NCBI GenBank assembly: GCA_965206595.1
Contig: OZ242214.1
Span: 2,848,001-2,912,000 of the forward strand
DNA length: 64,000 bases
Direction of reading: 5' to 3'
Source of the DNA: Candidatus Latescibacterota bacterium
GTDB taxonomy: Bacteria; Latescibacterota; UBA2968; UBA8231
How positions within the stretch are numbered: the first letter of the stretch is position 1; each line of letters starts with the position of its first letter. This document shows positions 1-9,889 of this stretch, piece after piece. A program made the position numbers and the translations under genes. The notes under the pieces were generated by a model. It did not search any database and was not told the DNA's origin. It saw only the letters and a program-made list of their open reading frames with translations.

Positions 1-164
1 ACCCTGTCGTCGGTTATACGGACCGTGTTGGCAGCGGACTGCCAGTGCTCCCAGTGCTCTTTCGAGTCGACGATGACTCTTCCGGGCTGGAGGGTATATC
101 CTTCCTGCCCCCGGGAGGCGTTCGACAGGGCCAGGGCGCACAGGAGCCAGGCGACGGTTTTCAC
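1..164 (-). CDS. N-terminal part of a secreted protein (runs off the window start)
   Basis: GTG at 164, just downstream of the stop of the 169-2127 gene. Translates MKTVAWLLCALALSNASRGQEGYTLQPGRVIVDSKEHWEHW..., a signal peptide; open to position 1. Confidence 0.65.
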   Translation of the reverse strand, partial: MKTVAWLLCALALSNASRGQEGYTLQPGRVIVDSKEHWEHWQSAANTVRITDDR

Positions 165-168
165 AGGC

Positions 169-2127
169 TCAATAGACCACGGAAACGGCGCCGCTGCGGG
201 TCTCCCGGCGCGACTGCACGTCCGCGGAGATTCGATACAGGTACAAACCCGGCGGCACGAGGAGGCCGGCATCGTCGGTTCCGTCCCATACGTGGGAATA
301 CTCCCCGAGCGGATCGTCTCCCGCGTACACTCGCCTCACCGGGCGACCCGCCACGTCGAACACCTCGATGGCAACGGGGACGGCCGCGGTTACCCGCAGG
401 AGCTTGTAGGAAACGCCGACCACGTCGTTGACGCCATCGCCGTTGGGCGTGAACGGGTTCGGCGAAACCCGGGTAAAAGCTACCAGGGACCTGCTCAGGG
501 CGGTGGTGACGGAGAGGCGGTCGCTCTCGATCTCGTCGGCGGCGTTGCCGGGGACGACCCGCTGCCGCACCTCGTGCGGCCTGGAGGTATCGAACACCCT
601 GCCCTCGAACAGGGTCCCTACCTCCCTCAGCACCGGGGCGTTGAAGATCACCTCCACCAGGGCGCCGCTGTCCGCCGGCGTCAGTTTGCGCGGGAGCAGC
701 AGGTCGAACCCCAGGCCGTCTTCGTGCAGCGACCAGCTGAATTCCTCCTGGTTCCTCGTGTCGATGCGCAGGGAATCGACCGAGACGACACCGGAAGGGG
801 TCGATATCTCCAGCCCGTCGAAGCTGCCGTCGTCTGGGCCGATTCCCGGCCTGATGTAATAGGTGTAATGGGCCGACCTGCCGATCTCGGTGACGATCGG
901 GAAAATCTCCCCCACGAGCTCGCTCACCGCCGGGGGGGACGACGCCCTGAATTCGATGTAGTCGATCCTGCCGCCGTCTTCAGTGGTGGACGAGAAATCC
1001 GCTCTTATCTGAAAAAACCGCCGCAGACCCGGCGATACGATATCGGCAACTGCGCCTGTGGTCTCGAACGGGTAGGGACTGGACCAGAAGCTCCAGTTCT
1101 CGGTATCGGGAGTAACCCGGTCCTGCTCGTCCGCCGGTTTGAGCACATCGGACAGCCTGCCGTACCGGCGCCTGTACTCCGCAAGGTCCAGGTCGCCGCC
1201 TCCGCGGAGGAACTTGACGCTGTCCTGCAGCTCGGGGCGGGCTTCCCAGAAGAGAACCGGCTGCGGGTCCATCCCCGAACGGGTGTGGATATCGACCCGG
1301 GCCCCGGGATCGCGCCGTCCGGACGAACGGATCTCCCCCCAGCTGGCGATGTCGTCCAGTGCGATGATGTCCGATTCGTACGACGCCCGGCTGACGAACC
1401 CTCCCCCGTAGAGCTCGAAATCGGCGATGCCGATCTCCTTGGGAGTCTGGCGCAGGACCCGCAGCTGGACCGCTTCCGTCGATACCGGCGAGTCGAGAAC
1501 CACGCGAATCTCGGGTTGGGTGTTCTCCTTCACCTCGGCTATCGCCGGGAAATCCGGGACCCAGTTGCCGGCGTGGAACCCCCTGTCGCTGACCCCTATC
1601 TGAATCCACTCGAGGAAATGCTCGGGGAATTCCGGCGAAGGCCGGAGCCTCACCTCCCTGACGAGGAAGCGGCCGCCCAGATCGAAGGTCACCTGCTCGG
1701 TGTTGCGAACCTCGTTGCTGAACCCGGTCGCCACGTTGAAACTCTCGGGAGCGATGGCAGGCCAGGTGTGGGCGGTGGCCGGATCCTGGTCGACAAGGAC
1801 CTGGCCGAGCAGCCTGTCTACGTTCGCGAAGTTCTTCACCCCCACCCATCCGTCCCTGGTCAACAGGGTCGCGGCGATGTCCTCGTCTTCATCGAAGTAG
1901 TTCGGTTGCAGCGAACCCGCCTTCAGCGAATCGGGTTCGAGTGCCTCCTGAAGCTGCGAGGCCGACCAGGGTATCTCCTCGAAATCGATACCGATGCCTT
2001 CGAGGCTGTCCTTCTCAGCCTCGGAAAACGGGGATCCGATGCGGTAGACGACCACTCCCGGGGCGCTGCTCGGATGGAAAGCGAGGACCGTTGCGAGGAA
2101 GAGCAGGATGTGTGTCCGTCTCGTCAT
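169..2127 (-). CDS. Secreted protein with C-terminal FlgD-like Ig domain
   Basis: Signal peptide; C-terminus SPNPFTPNGDGVND...VFDVAGRPVRR...WDGTDDAGLLVPPGLYLYRI is typical of FlgD_ig / sorting-type domains. Confidence 0.8.
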   Translation of the reverse strand: MTRRTHILLFLATVLAFHPSSAPGVVVYRIGSPFSEAEKDSLEGIGIDFEEIPWSASQLQEALEPDSLKAGSLQPNYFDEDEDIAATLLTRDGWVGVKNFANVDRLLGQVLVDQDPATAHTWPAIAPESFNVATGFSNEVRNTEQVTFDLGGRFLVREVRLRPSPEFPEHFLEWIQIGVSDRGFHAGNWVPDFPAIAEVKENTQPEIRVVLDSPVSTEAVQLRVLRQTPKEIGIADFELYGGGFVSRASYESDIIALDDIASWGEIRSSGRRDPGARVDIHTRSGMDPQPVLFWEARPELQDSVKFLRGGGDLDLAEYRRRYGRLSDVLKPADEQDRVTPDTENWSFWSSPYPFETTGAVADIVSPGLRRFFQIRADFSSTTEDGGRIDYIEFRASSPPAVSELVGEIFPIVTEIGRSAHYTYYIRPGIGPDDGSFDGLEISTPSGVVSVDSLRIDTRNQEEFSWSLHEDGLGFDLLLPRKLTPADSGALVEVIFNAPVLREVGTLFEGRVFDTSRPHEVRQRVVPGNAADEIESDRLSVTTALSRSLVAFTRVSPNPFTPNGDGVNDVVGVSYKLLRVTAAVPVAIEVFDVAGRPVRRVYAGDDPLGEYSHVWDGTDDAGLLVPPGLYLYRISADVQSRRETRSGAVSVVY

Positions 2128-2280
2128 GCGAACCCCCGCGGGAGGCGCTCATGCCCGCCTCCGGGAATCTGTGCCTTTTCAGGTTCCGCGCTGCCCCGGG
2201 GGCGGCCAGGGCCGGCCGCAGCCCAAACCGGCGCCAGCGCGAATCCGGTCTGCCAGTAGCGGTTAACTTAGGGAGTTGCC

Positions 2281-2928
2281 ATGTACGCTGTCATCTTCGA
2301 CGTCGATGGAGTGCTCGTCGACAGCGAGGGGATGAGCTGCGGCGCCTGGCTGCCGGTGTTGCGGCGCCGCGGCATCGCGGTCCGGCTCGCCGACATCGAG
2401 GGTTTCATCGGCCAGAGCGACGGCGCCGTCCTCGATTACTTCCGGGAGCGGCACCCCGAAATCGATCCCGGCGACGGCCTGATCGACGAGAAGGAGCAGG
2501 AGTTCTTCGCCGCAGCCCGCGGCCGCCTGCGGAGCTTTCCCGGACTGAAGCGGGTGCTGCGCCGGCTCGAGGCCGGGGCGGTGCCCATGGCCGTCGCCTC
2601 CTCCGGCCGGCATCGGAAGATCCGCTTCTCCCTGAGGACCGCAGGCCTGGAGGGTTTCTTCGATGTCGTCTGCAGCGCCTCCGACGTCGCCCGCGGCAAG
2701 CCGGCGCCCGACCTGTTCCTGCACGCCGCCGGACTCCTCCGCGCGGAGCCGGGAAATTGCAGCGTCGTGGAGGACTCGGTTCCCGGCATCGCCGCGGCGA
2801 AGGCCGCGGGCATGAAGGCCCTGGGATTCACCTCGTCGCATCCCGCCGCGGTGCTGCTTGACGCCGGGGCGGACGCCGTATTCTCCCACTATGACGAGCT
2901 CCCGGCTCTGCTGCCCGGAGAGAGTTAG
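2281..2928 (+). CDS. HAD-superfamily phosphatase (beta-PGM/CbbY-like)
   Basis: FDVDGVLVDS motif I, ASS motif II, GKPAPD, VVEDSVPGI; GGGAG RBS. Confidence 0.92.
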   Translation: MYAVIFDVDGVLVDSEGMSCGAWLPVLRRRGIAVRLADIEGFIGQSDGAVLDYFRERHPEIDPGDGLIDEKEQEFFAAARGRLRSFPGLKRVLRRLEAGAVPMAVASSGRHRKIRFSLRTAGLEGFFDVVCSASDVARGKPAPDLFLHAAGLLRAEPGNCSVVEDSVPGIAAAKAAGMKALGFTSSHPAAVLLDAGADAVFSHYDELPALLPGES

Positions 2929-2978
2929 TGCCGGCGGTCATCGGCGAACTCTTGGGCTCCGGCCAACCTGCCGGCGCC

Positions 2979-3788
2979 CTAGCGAACCCAGTGGCGGAAC
3001 AGCGGCCTGACCTCCTCGGCCAGCCCCTCGAACACCTCGCGAGGCACCGGGGGAACCAGGTTTTCCTTCAGTCCCCTCTCGTCGGCGAGCCGGCGGCGCT
3101 CGTCGCTTCCCGGCATCAGGCTGTCGAGGTTGAGCCACCAGGGGGCGAAGCGGATCGCCAGCCCGACCCGGGGTTGGTCCGACCCGTTGGGCGCGGCGGC
3201 GTGCCACAGCCGGCTGTCGAGCACGGCCACCGTGCCGGGGTCGCCGGTGAGAGCGGTCTCCCCTTCGAGAACGGACTGCGGATCGACGCCGTTGCCGGCG
3301 CTGGGGTTGTCGGGCTCGCGGTGGCTTCCCGGCGCCACGAGGGTGCCGCCGTTCTCCCTGGTGAACGGGGAGAGCATCCACAGGGTCGTCAGGTGCATGA
3401 CCATGTCCGGGTACGGGGCCTCTATGTGGCCGGCGTTGCGCTGGTTGAAGGGCCAGTCGGCGTGCCAGTCGCCGCGGGCGTTGCCCGGATAGTTGACGAT
3501 CGAGGAGGTGTAGGAGACCCGGTAATGCTCCCCCAGCAGGGCCTGGCAGAGGGCGGCGAGCCGGTCTTCGACGAGGTACGGGGTGAAGGACTGGCAGTAG
3601 CGGATCAGACCGGAGACCGCGCCGATGTTCGCCGGCGCGTCCCTGCGCTCCTGCCGGTGCCTGTCGACGGCGCCCAGGACATCGGCGCGCACCGGGCCGA
3701 CCGCGGCCGCGGGAATCACCCCTTCGAGGAGGCAGAATCCACGCTCTTCCAGCTGTCCCTTGAGGTCGTCAGTGGTTGGGTTCGCCAT
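2979..3788 (-). CDS. Phytanoyl-CoA dioxygenase (PhyH) family Fe(II)/2OG oxygenase
   Basis: WHADW (HxD), GGTLVAPGSH, LWHAAAPN, distal Arg. Confidence 0.9.
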   Translation of the reverse strand: MANPTTDDLKGQLEERGFCLLEGVIPAAAVGPVRADVLGAVDRHRQERRDAPANIGAVSGLIRYCQSFTPYLVEDRLAALCQALLGEHYRVSYTSSIVNYPGNARGDWHADWPFNQRNAGHIEAPYPDMVMHLTTLWMLSPFTRENGGTLVAPGSHREPDNPSAGNGVDPQSVLEGETALTGDPGTVAVLDSRLWHAAAPNGSDQPRVGLAIRFAPWWLNLDSLMPGSDERRRLADERGLKENLVPPVPREVFEGLAEEVRPLFRHWVR

Positions 3789-3853
3789 GTAATCGCCAGC
3801 CGGAGGCTACGGACTCTGCATCAAGACGAACTCATGCGGTTACCCCAGCCCCG

Positions 3854-5119
3854 TCAAGCCGCCTGCGCCGCCGCCGTCTTCAGCTCCTCGTTGCGGGCGG
3901 GGTGGAAGTAGATCGCGAAGAGCACGGTCCCCGCGATGCTGGCGACCGCGGCAATCGCGAACAGGGTCCCGTACCCGGAAGCGGCGATCACCTGCCCGCC
4001 GAAGCTGCCGGTCAGCATGAAGGAGCACCCCATGGCCATCGAGCTCACCGCCGCCATCCCCTGCCGCCAGCGCGGCGGCACGATCTCCTGCTGGAAGACC
4101 GTCAGGGTCGGCAAGCGGACCGCCGCCAGCGACTGCACCAGCAGGAGGGTGCAGGCCGCGGCAGCCCAGCTCCCCGACAGCATGACCGGGAGCAGGGCGG
4201 CCGCCTGCAGCAGCGAGGTGGCGATAATGGTTGCCCGCTGACCCCGCGAGGCGACGATCAGCGGCGTCGACAGGGCCGCCAGCCCGCTCACCAGCATGGC
4301 GGTGGCGGCGACGGCTCCTATCAGCGCCGTCGGCTCTCCGAGGAAGTCGTCCATGTAGACGTTGAAGAAGGTCTGCTGGGTCGCCATGGAGATGGCGCAG
4401 AGGAAGCCGGCCCCCGCCACCGCGGCCATGGGCCCGCGGGGACGCGGCGACTCCGCATCGGGGCCGCCGCCCGCCAGGCTGCCTGCAGCCGGTCTCGTGG
4501 CGGCGACGGCGAGAACTGCCGGTACGATCATCACCGCGGCGAGGAACAGCGGGTACCGGTACGGGGCCGGGCCGTCGAGGGAGGCCTCCATCAGGGCCGC
4601 GAAGATCCCGGGCAGCACCCCTCCGACGAGGTTGCCTGCGAACCCGGCGATCGGCCACATCGCCGCCTGCACCGCGAACACGTGGATGCGCTCGACCCGC
4701 GTCGTGATCGAGAGCAGGAAGGGACCGGCGTTGACAATGGAGAGAGCGAACCCGAAGGCGCGCGGCAGGCGGGTGACTATCAGCCAGTCGGCCTGCCATG
4801 CGCGCGGCACGAACTCGGCGAAGGGCAGCATGGCGTTGCCGACGGCGACGAGCGCGAGGCCGAGGACGATCATCCGGCGCGCCCCCCAGCGTCTGCCCAT
4901 CGCCCCTGCCGGAATGCAGAACAGGGCGTAGGCGGCCGCGCCGGCGGCGTTGACGAAGCCGACGAACTCGATGTCGTGCCCGAGGCGCAGCAGGTAGATG
5001 TTGAGAAGCAGGCTGTAGATGCCGCTGGAGGAGGCGAATCCCACCAGGGCTCCGCTCAGCAGGTAGAGGCGTACGTCGCGGTTGAAGGAGCGGACGATCT
5101 GAAGGTATTCGTGCAGCAA
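3854..5119 (-). CDS. MFS transporter
   Basis: About 12 hydrophobic segments; motif-A-like GAMGRRWGARR. Confidence 0.85.
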   Translation of the reverse strand: MLHEYLQIVRSFNRDVRLYLLSGALVGFASSSGIYSLLLNIYLLRLGHDIEFVGFVNAAGAAAYALFCIPAGAMGRRWGARRMIVLGLALVAVGNAMLPFAEFVPRAWQADWLIVTRLPRAFGFALSIVNAGPFLLSITTRVERIHVFAVQAAMWPIAGFAGNLVGGVLPGIFAALMEASLDGPAPYRYPLFLAAVMIVPAVLAVAATRPAAGSLAGGGPDAESPRPRGPMAAVAGAGFLCAISMATQQTFFNVYMDDFLGEPTALIGAVAATAMLVSGLAALSTPLIVASRGQRATIIATSLLQAAALLPVMLSGSWAAAACTLLLVQSLAAVRLPTLTVFQQEIVPPRWRQGMAAVSSMAMGCSFMLTGSFGGQVIAASGYGTLFAIAAVASIAGTVLFAIYFHPARNEELKTAAAQAA

Positions 5120-5308
5120 TCAGGGCCCCGACTGAGAAGTGGACTGCCGGCACTCCCCCTTGGCGGCCCGTTGAACAAGTCCACCTGGGCTGCGGCCGGT
5201 TCGCCGGGTGCCGGTGGAAGGGATGGATCTGCGGAATTTCCAGGGGTTGGAGCCGGACACCGGAGCGCGGGCGGGCCGCGCTGTTCGGCCTCGCGGCTGT
5301 CGGCCGCC

Positions 5309-6166
5309 CTATCCCCGGAAGGTGGAGCTCTTCAGGACCGTCTGGGTTTCGTAGATCGAACCGGGCCGCAGGGCGGGGGGAAGGGGCATGCGCCAGGGCA
5401 CCTTTTCCATGCGCGGCTCGACAGTGGGCTCGCCGCGCACGTAGGAGGCGCAGTAGAGATCCCAGTCGAGCTGCTGGCAGAGGGGCCACGCGTCGCCGGC
5501 GCAGTACTGAAGCAGCAGCAGGCGCCGGGGGTTCGCCGAGGAGTTCGGCAGCGAAGCGTGCAAGGTGCGCACGTGGTGGAGGGAGATGCCGCCGGCCTCC
5601 ACCACGAGCAGCTCGGCCTTCGAATCGTCGAAGCCGGCCTCGGTGACGGCGCCGGCGAAGCAGCCGTCCTGGTGGTGGTCCCAGATCTTCCCCTTGTGGG
5701 AGCCGGGGATGGCCATCAGGCAGCCGTTCTGCTCGGTCATTTCGTCGATGGCGACGCCGACGGCGAGCAGGTCGTCGTTGGTGTGCGGGTAGAAGGCCCA
5801 GTCCTGGTGCCAGTGGACGGGGCTGCCGAATTCCGCCGACTTCATGTTGAGCTTGTCGCCGTTGGTGCGCATCGCGTCCCCCCCGATCAGCTGGGCGACG
5901 ATGTCGAGGATGCGGTCGTTGCGCAGTGCCGCGGCGTAGGCCGGATGCGCCTTCACCGGGCTCTTGATGCGGCGCAGCTTGGGGAACTCCGGGGTGTGAT
6001 CCGGCTCCAGGTCGAAGACCCCGTCGTGCTCGCTCAGCTCCCGCGACTTCTCGACGAACTCCTCGGTGACCCGGCGCAGCTCGGCGACTTCGGCCGGGGT
6101 CAGGACTCCGTCAACGCTGCAGTATCCCTTTTCGTGGTACGCTTCGATTTCCTGTCGAGACAGCAT
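5309..6166 (-). CDS. PhyH family dioxygenase
   Basis: WHQDW, NGCLMAIPGSH, TLHASLPN..PRR. Confidence 0.92.
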   Translation of the reverse strand: MLSRQEIEAYHEKGYCSVDGVLTPAEVAELRRVTEEFVEKSRELSEHDGVFDLEPDHTPEFPKLRRIKSPVKAHPAYAAALRNDRILDIVAQLIGGDAMRTNGDKLNMKSAEFGSPVHWHQDWAFYPHTNDDLLAVGVAIDEMTEQNGCLMAIPGSHKGKIWDHHQDGCFAGAVTEAGFDDSKAELLVVEAGGISLHHVRTLHASLPNSSANPRRLLLLQYCAGDAWPLCQQLDWDLYCASYVRGEPTVEPRMEKVPWRMPLPPALRPGSIYETQTVLKSSTFRG

Positions 6167-6176
6167 CTCTTCTTTC

Positions 6177-6920
6177 CTATTTGAGCTTGACGATTTCGCG
6201 CTGCGCGGCGCTCAGACGAGCGTCGAGGCCGGCGCTGAAGCGCAGCCCCTGGCCGCCCCAGTCGGGCATGTAACCTGTGCTGTAACAATAATAAAGGGTC
6301 CGTCTCGGACGGCGGGAAGTGTTGACCGTTGAACCGTGCGTGAGGGCTTCGGTGAAAATGATCGCGTCCCCCGCCCTCGCCGGGAGCGGCACCAGGGCCG
6401 GATCCTCCTCCGGGTGCGGGCCCCAGGGCCGCGGGAAGTTCGCCTTGTGGGTGCCCGGCACCACGGCGAAGCAGCCGTCCTCCGGGCCGCTGTCGACGGT
6501 CGGGAACACCGCCTTGGTCAGCGTCGACATCATCTGGCCGTTGTGGCAGCGGTACTGGCACTTCGGATGGATCGGCGTGCCGTGCATGTGCATGTGCGTG
6601 TACCCGCCCCCCCAGCGATAGATCGCGTAGGTGTGGTTGAGGCGCCAGGGCCCGCCGGTGACGGTCTCGACCACGTCGAGGACCTCGGGAAGCTCCATCA
6701 GCGGCTGCATCGCCGCGTCGGCTTCCATGATGTTGGAGAGGTAGAGCTCCTGGTCGGTCTTTTCGGTGCCGAGGACCAGCGGCTCGGGGTACTCCCGCGG
6801 ATCCATCCCCTCGAAGCGGTCGAGCACTTCGTTGGCGGCCGCCACGAAGTCGGGCGGGACCACCTGCTCGAGCAGGATGTAGCCGTTGAGATCGAAAAGG
6901 TAGGTCTGCTCCGCGTTCAT
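6177..6920 (-). CDS. PhyH family dioxygenase (atypical HMH metal motif)
   Basis: YLFDLNGY, GCFAVVPGTHK, AGDAIIFTEALTHGS..PRR. Confidence 0.85.
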   Translation of the reverse strand: MNAEQTYLFDLNGYILLEQVVPPDFVAAANEVLDRFEGMDPREYPEPLVLGTEKTDQELYLSNIMEADAAMQPLMELPEVLDVVETVTGGPWRLNHTYAIYRWGGGYTHMHMHGTPIHPKCQYRCHNGQMMSTLTKAVFPTVDSGPEDGCFAVVPGTHKANFPRPWGPHPEEDPALVPLPARAGDAIIFTEALTHGSTVNTSRRPRRTLYYCYSTGYMPDWGGQGLRFSAGLDARLSAAQREIVKLK

Positions 6921-6951
6921 TGCCGACTCCCGACTATTCTCTGGTGAAACC

Positions 6952-8259
6952 TCATCCCTCGCTCTCCAGCGCCAAGTCCCGCTCCAGGCCCGCGCCCCAT
7001 GCGAGCAGCTCCTCGTCGCCGCCCATGGGGGCGATGAACTGAATCCCCAGTGGCATTCCCGAGGCGGAGGAACTGCCCGCGGGCAGCCCCAGCACCGGCA
7101 TTCCCGCGTGGGTCCAGGGCAGGTTCATGCTCGGGTCCCCGGTGGTCGCCAGTCCTTTCGGAGCCGGGCCGGTGGCTGCCGGACAGGCCCAGAGGTCGAG
7201 TCCCTCCGCAACCATCAGGGCCTCGAGCTCCTGGCGCAACTCGCCGCGGCCGCGGCGGGCCTTCTCGAGCGCCGCCCGCGACACGCCGCGGCCCTGCTCG
7301 ACCAGGGCCGCGGTGCCCTCGTCGTAGAGGCCGGCGTACTCCTCGAACCAGGGCTCGTGGACCCGGGCCATCTCGGCGACCATCATCTGCCGGTGGCGGT
7401 AGTCGATCTCCTCGATGTCCGCGAACGCCGGCGCCTCTACCACCTCGTACCCAGCGCTTCGCAGGGCTTCCAGCTGGTTTTCGAAATCCTCCCGGGCAGC
7501 CGGCTCGGTCTGGTCGAGATAGGGGCCCTCCGGCACCCCGAGGACCGGCCGGCCCGGGGCGGAAACCGCGGCCCGCCATTCGCCGCAGAGCACCGCGGCA
7601 ACTCGTGCAGCCGTGGCGGCGTCGCGGGTGAAGGTGCCGATGGTGTCGACCGAAGGGGAGCAGTGGATGAACCCGGAGATGTCGATGCGGCCGTAGCTTG
7701 GCTTGAAGCCGGTGATCCCGCAGAACGCCGCCGGCCGGACGATCGAGCCGATGGTCTGCGAGCCGAGCGCCAGCGGGCAGTAGCCGGCGGCCACGGCCGC
7801 GGCCGAGCCGCTGCTGGAGCCTCCGGGACTGTGCCCGAGGTGGTGGGGATTGCGCGTCGCCGCCGGCTTGAAGCAGGCGAACTCGGTCGTCACTGACTTT
7901 CCGAGCACCAGGGCACCCGCGGCCCGCAGCGCCCGGATGCATCCGCCCTCGGGCCCGGCGAGCACCTCCGCGGGCAGCTGCGAGCCGGCGCGGGTCTCGA
8001 ACCCGTCTACGTGGATGATGTCCTTGACCGCGACCAGCATGCCGAACAGCGGCAGGTCGGCGGCGGCTTCCGTCTGCAGCCGGCCCGCCTCCTCGAGCAG
8101 ACGGCCGCGGCGGTCTCCCTCGGGCAGCAGCGCCCGGATGTCGCTGTCGAGCGCCTCGAGGCGGCGGCAGGCCTCATCTATCTCTTCCATCAGGCCCGGC
8201 ATTCCGCCCAAACTCGCCCTGTCCGTGCCCGGTTCTACGCGCCCGTTGGAGTATCCCAT
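6952..8259 (-). CDS. Amidase signature family protein
   Basis: VAVKD, PGGSSSGSAAAVAAG, GSQTIGSIVRPAAFCG. Start uncertain (8301, 8295, 8259 or 8202). Confidence 0.9.
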   Translation of the reverse strand: MGYSNGRVEPGTDRASLGGMPGLMEEIDEACRRLEALDSDIRALLPEGDRRGRLLEEAGRLQTEAAADLPLFGMLVAVKDIIHVDGFETRAGSQLPAEVLAGPEGGCIRALRAAGALVLGKSVTTEFACFKPAATRNPHHLGHSPGGSSSGSAAAVAAGYCPLALGSQTIGSIVRPAAFCGITGFKPSYGRIDISGFIHCSPSVDTIGTFTRDAATAARVAAVLCGEWRAAVSAPGRPVLGVPEGPYLDQTEPAAREDFENQLEALRSAGYEVVEAPAFADIEEIDYRHRQMMVAEMARVHEPWFEEYAGLYDEGTAALVEQGRGVSRAALEKARRGRGELRQELEALMVAEGLDLWACPAATGPAPKGLATTGDPSMNLPWTHAGMPVLGLPAGSSSASGMPLGIQFIAPMGGDEELLAWGAGLERDLALESEG

Positions 8260-8584
8260 CCCTCCTGCCTCCCTGTCATTGCCGCGGGTGTCCATGTCCA
8301 AAGGTCAGTGGGTCCATACATAGTCTCAGCCATGCGCTTCGCCCTGCACAGCTCGCAGAGCCAGGAAGCGGTATCGAATCGAAGCCGGTGCCACAATCCA
8401 AGCAGCGTCGAGATAGTTTGCCGCCGCCTTTGTATCAGGATTCCCAGAAATTGAGCAAAACCGATACGGCGCATATGAACACGAACAGTTCCAAAAGCCA
8501 TTCAAAGCCGACACCGCTACCTGCCGTTCAACAGCGATCCTGAAATCCTGGCCTGTTTCCCGCTTTTGCCGCCAGCCCGCCCCA

Positions 8585-9478
8585 TTACTTCCGGGGGCGC
8601 TTCTTCGCCGCTTTTTTCGGCGGCTTCCAATTGGCGAGGTGGCGCTGCCAGCTCTTCTCCAGCTCCCCCCTGATCGCCTTGACGTCGCGGAAGCGGTCGC
8701 CGAACACCGACAGGTGGTAGCCGCCGGGGATCTGCTCCGGGCAGACGAACAGCTCGCGGCCCGGCGCCGCCGCCTTCAGCCACAGCGCCAGCAGCTGGTC
8801 GGCGAACTCCATGCAGTCGAGGAACTCCGGGGTCAGCTTGCCCCCCGGCCCGAGGGCGGGGATCATGGCGTGGTGCCCGTTGAAGGGGCGGAAGTGGATC
8901 TGGTTGGCGAGCTGCACCAGGTCGGGGCGCTCGATCAGGCGCTTGAAGTAGGGGGGCGACAGGTGCTTGACGACGGCCGGGTGGGAGAAATCCCACGTCA
9001 TCTTCAGCGGCCGCTTCTCCTCCTTCTCGAACCCCTCGGCCAGGGCGTAGGCCTTCTCCGGGGTCTCCGTGCAGGTGTCGCGGTGGACCTCGATCGAGAC
9101 ATCCATGTCGAGCTCGCCGGCGACCCGCATGACCTCGCGGGCGCAGGCGACCGCCTCGGCGGTCCCGGTGTCGTGGTCGAGCATCTGCACGTTGACGACG
9201 CGGGCGTTGTACTTCCCAATCCGCTTGAGCTTGCGCTCAGCCTCCTGCGGCCCGCCCATGTCGGTGGTGCAGGCGAAGACGAGGCCGGACTCGGCGACCA
9301 CCTCGGGCGGGAACATGATGACGCGCCCGAGGAAACCGTCGAAGCCGGCGTTCTTTATGCGCTTCAGCTTCTGGGGAAACGTCCACTCCACCCCCTTGGT
9401 GCCGTAGCCGAGCAGAGTGCCGACCGAGCACATGTGGCGCAGAACCGGGGGCTCGGCCTGCTGTTTCGATTTTGCCAT
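8585..9478 (-). CDS. Xylose isomerase-like TIM-barrel protein
   Basis: IEVHRDT, WDFSH, IHFR, CPE metal-type motifs. ATG 9478 is preceded by AAGGAG. Confidence 0.75.
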   Translation of the reverse strand: MAKSKQQAEPPVLRHMCSVGTLLGYGTKGVEWTFPQKLKRIKNAGFDGFLGRVIMFPPEVVAESGLVFACTTDMGGPQEAERKLKRIGKYNARVVNVQMLDHDTGTAEAVACAREVMRVAGELDMDVSIEVHRDTCTETPEKAYALAEGFEKEEKRPLKMTWDFSHPAVVKHLSPPYFKRLIERPDLVQLANQIHFRPFNGHHAMIPALGPGGKLTPEFLDCMEFADQLLALWLKAAAPGRELFVCPEQIPGGYHLSVFGDRFRDVKAIRGELEKSWQRHLANWKPPKKAAKKRPRK

Positions 9479-9612
9479 GAGATCTCCTTCCGTCCGTGAA
9501 GCCGCCGGCGCCGGAAGCTCAAGAAAGGCAGGCGGCCTGGATGGGTGATTGTCCGTTCCGCAGCCGCAACCAGCCGGAGCCGGGAACGGCACTCATGTCA
9601 GGGAAATCTACA

Positions 9613-9700
9613 TCAATGCCGAACGAGCTGATAATCCCGCTCGTACACGAAGTCGTCGTCGCGGTCGGGGTTGTGAAACTCCAAGCAGGTCAGTTCGAAC
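9613..9700 (-). repeat. Degenerate copy of the 3' end of the tetraheme cytochrome gene (11016-11103)
   Basis: Minus strand reads TCLEFHNPDRDDDFVYERDYQLVRH* versus TCLECHNPDHDDDFVYERDYQLVSH* at 11016; DNA nearly identical over about 75 bp. Confidence 0.85.
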
Positions 9701-9889
9701 GAAAGGGAATCCCTTTGTCGAGGCTATACCACTGCAAGAGGGGGGGGGGCCTTCGGCGGGAACCAAGGTGGGGGTACAGACGAGCCGAGGCGGAGTACCT
9801 GGTTACTTTCATTTCACCTACGGTGCCGGGGGCGTCGTCTCTCAATTACTGTTGCCTGAGAAGGTGAATACGTGATCCCTTCCTGGTAG

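Noticed and set aside
25-2259. Long + strand ORF, and similar ones at 3776-6184, 21878-24049, 33065-35263 and 37218-39293
   Set aside because: Shadow frames of well-supported genes in GC-rich DNA; Arg/Gly/Pro-rich or antisense, with no motifs.
8302-8520. Lower-GC patch with short ORFs
   Set aside because: No recognisable motif or RBS; possibly a gene remnant, but unsupported.
9740-9749. G10 tract as a phase-variation switch
   Set aside because: It lies in a decayed intergenic remnant with no gene or promoter clearly affected.
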